Position numbers and translations under genes: made by a program
NCBI GenBank assembly: GCA_021821305.1
Contig: JAKACP010000001.1
Span: 330,453 to 394,452, forward strand
Length of the DNA: 64,000 nucleotides
Source: a bacterium
Lineage (GTDB): Bacteria; Patescibacteriota; Minisyncoccia; Moranbacterales; UBA1568
Reading direction: 5' to 3'
Notes under the pieces: generated by a model
Told to the model about the DNA's origin: nothing
Database searches by the model: none
Seen by the model: only the letters and a program-made list of their open reading frames with translations
In this document: positions 59,080 through 64,000 of the stretch, in pieces
How the letters are laid out: each line of letters starts with the position of its first letter
How positions within the stretch are numbered: the first letter of the stretch is position 1

Positions 59080-60057
59080 TTACCTTGAGCCCATAAGCTC
59101 GAGAAATTTCTGGGGATCTATCGAGAAACCGCCTATGCGGACCGAGAGATGGAGATGGGGGCCGAGAGAATAGCCCGTATTACCGCTCTTAGCTATGAGA
59201 TCTCCTTTTTCCACGCTATCACCCAGTTTTGCATCGGTTTCGGAAAGGTGCATGTAAAGCGTCATTAAACCCAAACCATGGTCAATGATGACGGTATTCC
59301 CATAGTTCCTGAAGCTCTTGGAAAAGACTACCTTGCCAGAGTTCATGGCATAGACAGATGTCCCCTCAGACGCTCGAAAATCTGTGCCTTGATGCATGAG
59401 ACTTACGGATCCTGTCTGCCTGCTGTAACCATAGACATCTGTGACAGTAGGAGATCCGTTGAGAGGGAGCCGGAATTGTCCGCTCCAGAGCCTCTCTGGG
59501 CTTATGGTTGTGGTAATAGAGTTAAGGATGACGGTGTCCTGCGCTAAGGTACTGGTGAGCTCATGCTCCGCTTGGGGCGTATTGCCTCCCAGCTGCTCAG
59601 GGATGTCAAATTCTTCCGTAGCAACAGTCCTTTTCCCAACCTCAATCTTTTCTTCGATTTTCTGACCGTCTTCAAGAGTGAGAACGATTGGATACACACC
59701 GGGTTTTTTATGTGGATCGATACCGACTAGCGCCACAAGCCTTCCTTCATCAACAAATACGGAGAGTGGCTTGTCATCGAGGGTAAGTGATTGAATGGGT
59801 GCGGCAGAGACGAGGCCGGCTATGGTAATCCGCGCGGGCTCTCCCTGGATGAGAGTAGTCGGGAAGACAGAAAGTGATACCGGCTCTACGGTGGAGATGG
59901 GGCTAGATTCTTCCGTCTGTATGAGTGGTGATTCAAGTGTTGCTTCGGGCTGACTTTTTAGTTGCGGCACGATAAAATATGTCGCGAGGAATAAAATTGG
60001 TATAGCACTCCAGAGAAGTAGTTTCATCACTCTATTATACAGCTTTTCCATCAGCAT
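59080..60057 (-). CDS. M23-family metallopeptidase, paralog 2 (diverged)
   Basis: Same architecture and motifs as paralogs 1 and 3. Confidence 0.75.
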   Translation of the reverse strand: MLMEKLYNRVMKLLLWSAIPILFLATYFIVPQLKSQPEATLESPLIQTEESSPISTVEPVSLSVFPTTLIQGEPARITIAGLVSAAPIQSLTLDDKPLSVFVDEGRLVALVGIDPHKKPGVYPIVLTLEDGQKIEEKIEVGKRTVATEEFDIPEQLGGNTPQAEHELTSTLAQDTVILNSITTTISPERLWSGQFRLPLNGSPTVTDVYGYSRQTGSVSLMHQGTDFRASEGTSVYAMNSGKVVFSKSFRNYGNTVIIDHGLGLMTLYMHLSETDAKLGDSVEKGDLIAKSGNTGYSLGPHLHLSVRIGGFSIDPQKFLELMGSR

Positions 60058-60276
60058 TTCACCTTTGACTATTAAACCAATATATTAGGGAAGGAGAGGA
60101 TAGAGGAGACACAAGGCTGTCTCATTATGATAAAATGAGACATAGCCTGTCCTGTGTCTCATTTGTCTCGTTTTATCCTCAAAACCGCGACCCGAGAGCC
60201 TCAATTCACTCGTCGGCCAAGACCCCCAAGAAATCCCTCAACAGCTTGATTTCTCAAAGTTCTAGACCGATGACGC

Positions 60277-60741
60277 CCGCAGAAGTGAAAGAGGAGCCAT
60301 TTTGTATGGCTCCTTTTTTGCTTCTATGATGAACGCATTCGGAGTTTATGCCCCGAAGGGGTAAATCCCTCCCTTTCCGCATCAAGCTCATAGTATCGAG
60401 GGTGACCCGAGAGCCTCGAATGAGCAACATAAAACCAAACCGCCGGTAAATGGCGGTTTTATTCTTTCTGATCTATAGATCTTCTTTACTGTATGATCCC
60501 TCTCTTTTGACTGTCACGGACAATCTTACTTTGGTCCCATAAGCTCGAGAAATTTCATGGGGTCTATCGAGAAACCGCCTATACGAACCGAGAGATGGAG
60601 GTGAGGGCCGAGAGAATAGCCCGTATTGCCGCTCTTGGCTACGGGGTCACCTTTTCCCACGTTGTCGCCCGCTTCTACACCGATTTCGGAAAGATGCATG
60701 TACATGGTCATGATACCCAATCCATGATCAATGATGACGGT
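60277..60741. repeat. 465-bp direct repeat DR-2 (identical to 47747-48211)
   Basis: Sequence comparison. Confidence 0.85.
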
Positions 60742-61473
60742 TTTTCCGAAATTCCGAAGGGTTCCGGTATAGGCCACTTCCCCGGAGTTTATGGCATGGA
60801 CGGGTGTTCCTTCGGCAGCCCGGAAATCCGTTCCCAGGTGACTCAGGCTCACCGACCCCGTTTTTCTGCTGTAGCCGTAGGTGTCGGTGACCATCGGATC
60901 GCCTCCAAGAGGAAGTCGGAATGGACCGCTCCATAGCTGTTCCGGGTTTACCTTCGCGGTCACCGAGTCGAGCACGGACGAATCCGTGGACAGGGTGGCC
61001 GTAAGTTCGTGTTCGGCTTTGGGAGTATTGCCACCCAGTTGTTCCGGGATATCGAATTCCGCCGTAGCCACTACCCGCGGCTTCACTTCCAGGTTTTCCT
61101 TGAATATCCGGCTATCATCCAACGTGAGGACGAGCGGATACGAGCCTGGCTTCTTATGGAAATCGATACCGACCAGCGCGGCCATCCCGCTCTCATCGGA
61201 AAATACGGGAACGGGCTTGTCATCGAAAGTGAGTGATTCGATGTCAGAGAGGGAAGCGACGCCGCGTATGATGATCCGCGCGGGCTCTCCCGGGATGGCG
61301 GCAGCCGGGTCAGGAGCAAGGGATACCAGTGTCTCGGGCGAGGGCATGCCGGGTTTCTCTGCCTCTTCCCGTGGCGGTTGAGGTGCCTTCTCGGGATTAT
61401 TTTTTTGCTCCGGCACAACAAAATACAGAATCAGCAAGAGTATGGGGAGAGTGATCGCGAGAAGTGTTTTCAT
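60526..61473 (-). CDS. M23-family metallopeptidase, paralog 3
   Basis: M23 motifs; 3' end identical to paralog 1. Confidence 0.75.
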   Translation of the reverse strand: MKTLLAITLPILLLILYFVVPEQKNNPEKAPQPPREEAEKPGMPSPETLVSLAPDPAAAIPGEPARIIIRGVASLSDIESLTFDDKPVPVFSDESGMAALVGIDFHKKPGSYPLVLTLDDSRIFKENLEVKPRVVATAEFDIPEQLGGNTPKAEHELTATLSTDSSVLDSVTAKVNPEQLWSGPFRLPLGGDPMVTDTYGYSRKTGSVSLSHLGTDFRAAEGTPVHAINSGEVAYTGTLRNFGKTVIIDHGLGIMTMYMHLSEIGVEAGDNVGKGDPVAKSGNTGYSLGPHLHLSVRIGGFSIDPMKFLELMGPK

Positions 61474-61610
61474 CTAAAAAGTATACGATTCTCTCGCGAT
61501 TTTGGAAAGGAGAAAATCCCTCATCCTCTCCGTCGCGGGAACGGAACATGCTATACTCGCGAGGAATTCATACTGCCGGGTGTCGGCATTTATCGCTGAT
61601 TGAAAGACCC

Positions 61611-62651
61611 ATGAGTACGCCTCCATCCTGGAAATTTTCCACCACATCGGCAGAGACATGGCAAGATATGCTCGCATCCTGTCGCAAGGCGGAAAAAAGC
61701 ATCGACCTCGAGCAGTACATTTTCGGGAGTGACGGGCCGATCATCGAGGAGTGGAGCGCGCTCCTCAAGGAAAAAGCGCGACAAGGGGTGAAGATCCGTC
61801 TGCTTTTAGACGCTCTCGGGAGCTTTTCTTTTTTCCGCTCGGCGCTTTGTACGAATCTTCGGGATTGTGGGATAGCGATCGCGTTCCACAAGGTGACTCT
61901 TCCTCCGTCCATACGTCGCTTCATCCCGTTCATCTTGCGCGATCATCGCAAACTGCTCGTCGTCGATGGCCGCGAGGCGCACATCGGCGGGGTGATCATC
62001 GAGGAGCGCGCTCGCGACTGGCGCGACACGAGCGTCCGTCTCACGGGGGACATCGTGGCGGATTGTGGAACGGCATTCGAAACGGCATGGGACCGGGCTC
62101 TGCACATGCGCCCGATGGGTCAGGTGCTTTCGCGAGAAGGAAGGTCGGCTTTTTATCTCGCAGGCAATTCCTTCCATTTGCAGGACAAAGAGCTCTATCG
62201 GATAATCCTGCGCCATATCGTTTCGGCGAAAAAGGATATCTTCATCACGACGCCTTATTTTTCGCTGACGAGAGATTTGCGCCGCGCGCTTTATTTCGCG
62301 CGCTCCCGTGATGTCGAGGTCAGAATCCTCCTCCCGCGGCGATCGGACAATTTCCTGGCCGACCTGCTCGGGCGTCTTTACTACCGTCGTCTCCTGCGTC
62401 GGGGAGTACGCCTGTTTCACTATACGGGGAACATCCTTCATGCCAAGACCATCGTGATCGATGAACGCTTCGCCTCGGTAGGAAGCTGTAATTTCGATTG
62501 GCTGAGTTTTCGCCTCAATTACGAGCTCAATGTAATGAGCGAAGGGCGGGAGTTCGCGACCGAACTTCGGGAAATATTTCTCAGGGATATCGAAGAATCT
62601 CCGGAGGTGACTCTCTCTACGCCGATATTTCGCGGTTTTTTCAGCGCCTAA
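61611..62651 (+). CDS. cls: Cardiolipin synthase / phospholipase D-family protein (two HKD motifs)
   Basis: HRKLLVVDG and LHAKTIVIDERFASVGSCNFD. Confidence 0.75.
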   Translation: MSTPPSWKFSTTSAETWQDMLASCRKAEKSIDLEQYIFGSDGPIIEEWSALLKEKARQGVKIRLLLDALGSFSFFRSALCTNLRDCGIAIAFHKVTLPPSIRRFIPFILRDHRKLLVVDGREAHIGGVIIEERARDWRDTSVRLTGDIVADCGTAFETAWDRALHMRPMGQVLSREGRSAFYLAGNSFHLQDKELYRIILRHIVSAKKDIFITTPYFSLTRDLRRALYFARSRDVEVRILLPRRSDNFLADLLGRLYYRRLLRRGVRLFHYTGNILHAKTIVIDERFASVGSCNFDWLSFRLNYELNVMSEGREFATELREIFLRDIEESPEVTLSTPIFRGFFSA

Positions 62652-62930
62652 TTTTTTTTGCGTCATTTCCCGCATATGGAAATCATTTTTTCATAAAATT
62701 GACGTAGGGCGTTTTATTGAGACCCCATTGAACAAAAGGGTAGGCAAAGTTGTACGACTACTATGGTTTTTTAGAGGACAAAAATCGACTCCAGCCTTCT
62801 GTGGTGATTTTATATTTTCGTAGTATCAGTTTCTTGTCTTTTGTCAGAATGAGCCTGCCTTTTAGACTGGTGAGCAGCTTTCGCTTCTCGAGAAGCCTGA
62901 CATCGGGTAAAATCACGTTATCATATCCGA

Positions 62931-63230
62931 ATGGACATCATCCCTCTTTCCATCCTGACGTTTTTTCTCGTCGTCAATCTGGCGGCGTTTTTGGCCATGC
63001 TTTGGGACAAGTCGCGGTCGAGGAAGGAGGGTGCGGAACGGATTTCCGAGGGGATGCTGTTTTTTCTCGCGGCGGCATTCGGCAGTGTCGGAGTGTATGC
63101 TGGGATGCTCGCGTTCCGGCACAAGACGCGGAAGTGGCCGTTCATCCTTGGCATCCCGCTTCTCATGATCCAAAACCTCGCCTTTCTCTATCTGGCGTAT
63201 TCGATCCTGTCCGAGCGGACTCTCCGCTGA
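62931..63230 (+). CDS. DUF1294-family small membrane protein
   Basis: Full-length similarity to DUF1294. Confidence 0.5.
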   Translation: MDIIPLSILTFFLVVNLAAFLAMLWDKSRSRKEGAERISEGMLFFLAAAFGSVGVYAGMLAFRHKTRKWPFILGIPLLMIQNLAFLYLAYSILSERTLR

Positions 63231-63239
63231 CAGGTATGG

Positions 63240-63938
63240 TCATCGTGCAAGCACGATGCCGAAGACTTTTTTCGCGCCGCGCTTCTTCAGGATACGGGCG
63301 CATTCCTCGAGCGTGGTGCCCGTCGTAGCGACGTCGTCGACGAGCCAGAACGTCTTTCCCTTGATCTCCTCGCGGAGATTTTTTCCTTTGTAGAGGGCGA
63401 AAGCGCCGGAAAGATTTTCCCTGCGTTCCTTCGCGTTCTTGCTCCGCGCCTGGGAGAGGGTGAACCGCGTGCGCCGGAGGATATCGTCGCGGAGCGGGAT
63501 CGACAGACCGGGGGTGAGTTCCGAGGCGAGGATGTCGGCGATGAGGGATGCCTGATTGAATCCGCGGAATCGGAACCGCCACGGGTGGAGCGGTACGGGG
63601 ATGAGCGCATCGGGGATCGGCAGGTCGGTCGCGGAGACCGAATCGACGAGGAGTATCCCGAGCGGATAGGCAAGCTCGGTCACGAATTCGTATTTCAGGA
63701 CGTGGATGGCGTCCTCGACCGTCGGATTTCCCTGGAAGGGCATGGCGGCGAATATCCCGTCGAGCGCGTGGCGTTTCGCACAGGAAAGACAGGTGACGCC
63801 GTAAGGAGTGTCCACACGGCGGCAGAAGGGGCAGTCGTGGCGTTCTTTTCTCGGCAGGGCGTTTCGGCACGCATCGCAGAGAAACGATCCGTCCCGGTTA
63901 CAGCCGACGCAGGCGCGCGGGAAGAGGAGCTCGGCCAT
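63240..63938 (-). CDS. comF: ComF-family protein (N-terminal Zn-finger plus phosphoribosyltransferase domain)
   Basis: Four Cys at the N-terminus; PRTase motif WLVDDVATTGTT. Confidence 0.7.
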   Translation of the reverse strand: MAELLFPRACVGCNRDGSFLCDACRNALPRKERHDCPFCRRVDTPYGVTCLSCAKRHALDGIFAAMPFQGNPTVEDAIHVLKYEFVTELAYPLGILLVDSVSATDLPIPDALIPVPLHPWRFRFRGFNQASLIADILASELTPGLSIPLRDDILRRTRFTLSQARSKNAKERRENLSGAFALYKGKNLREEIKGKTFWLVDDVATTGTTLEECARILKKRGAKKVFGIVLAR

Positions 63939-64000
63939 CCATTCGGTTGCGGCCTGGCGTGCGTCACGAAAAAACCGCCCCGTGCGCGGTGACGCGTGGG

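Overview
High-GC (~60%) bacterial chromosome segment; gene content suggests a CPR/Patescibacteria-like organism. Evidence: short EF-Ts, an RpoA with no C-terminal domain, several lysine-rich protein tails, a 16S gene not followed by 23S and carrying a divergent 515 region (GTGCCAGCAGTAGCGGTAATAC). The first ~43 kb is core genome. It holds prfA-prmC, rpmE, rpsB-tsf, a tRNA cluster with rpmG, isoprenoid genes (polyprenyl synthase, uppS) and the infA-rpmJ-rpsM-rpsK-rpsD-rpoA-rplQ-rplM-rpsI ribosomal block. It also holds a lone 16S rRNA, lexA, valS, tsaD, an ECF sigma factor, a GH1 beta-glucosidase, mpg, recG, mscL and 15 tRNA genes. The 3' third (43.3-61.5 kb) is accessory DNA inserted at tRNA-Ser(GCT). 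It contains a large serine recombinase bracketed by perfect 120-bp inverted repeats, and a low-GC cargo (XRE, ArsR, nitroreductase, DoxX) bracketed by perfect ~272-bp inverted repeats. Next comes a 12.5-kb copper/metal module bounded by two identical 465-bp direct repeats, each carrying a copy of the 17-bp tRNA-Ser 3' end. That module encodes a multicopper oxidase, DsbA, DUF302, a CDF transporter, a CopA P-type ATPase, a cupredoxin and a C39 peptidase. Three paralogous M23 peptidase genes punctuate this region. A family of ~160-190-bp palindromic intergenic elements, whose stem halves covary between copies, occurs four times. Other oddities include a tRNA-Tyr 3'-end duplication scar, a partial tandem duplication of tRNA-Arg(GCG) with a hairpin insert, and use of Arg anticodon GCG instead of ACG. 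All coordinates are read by eye from the sequence and may be off by a few nt at tRNA and repeat ends.
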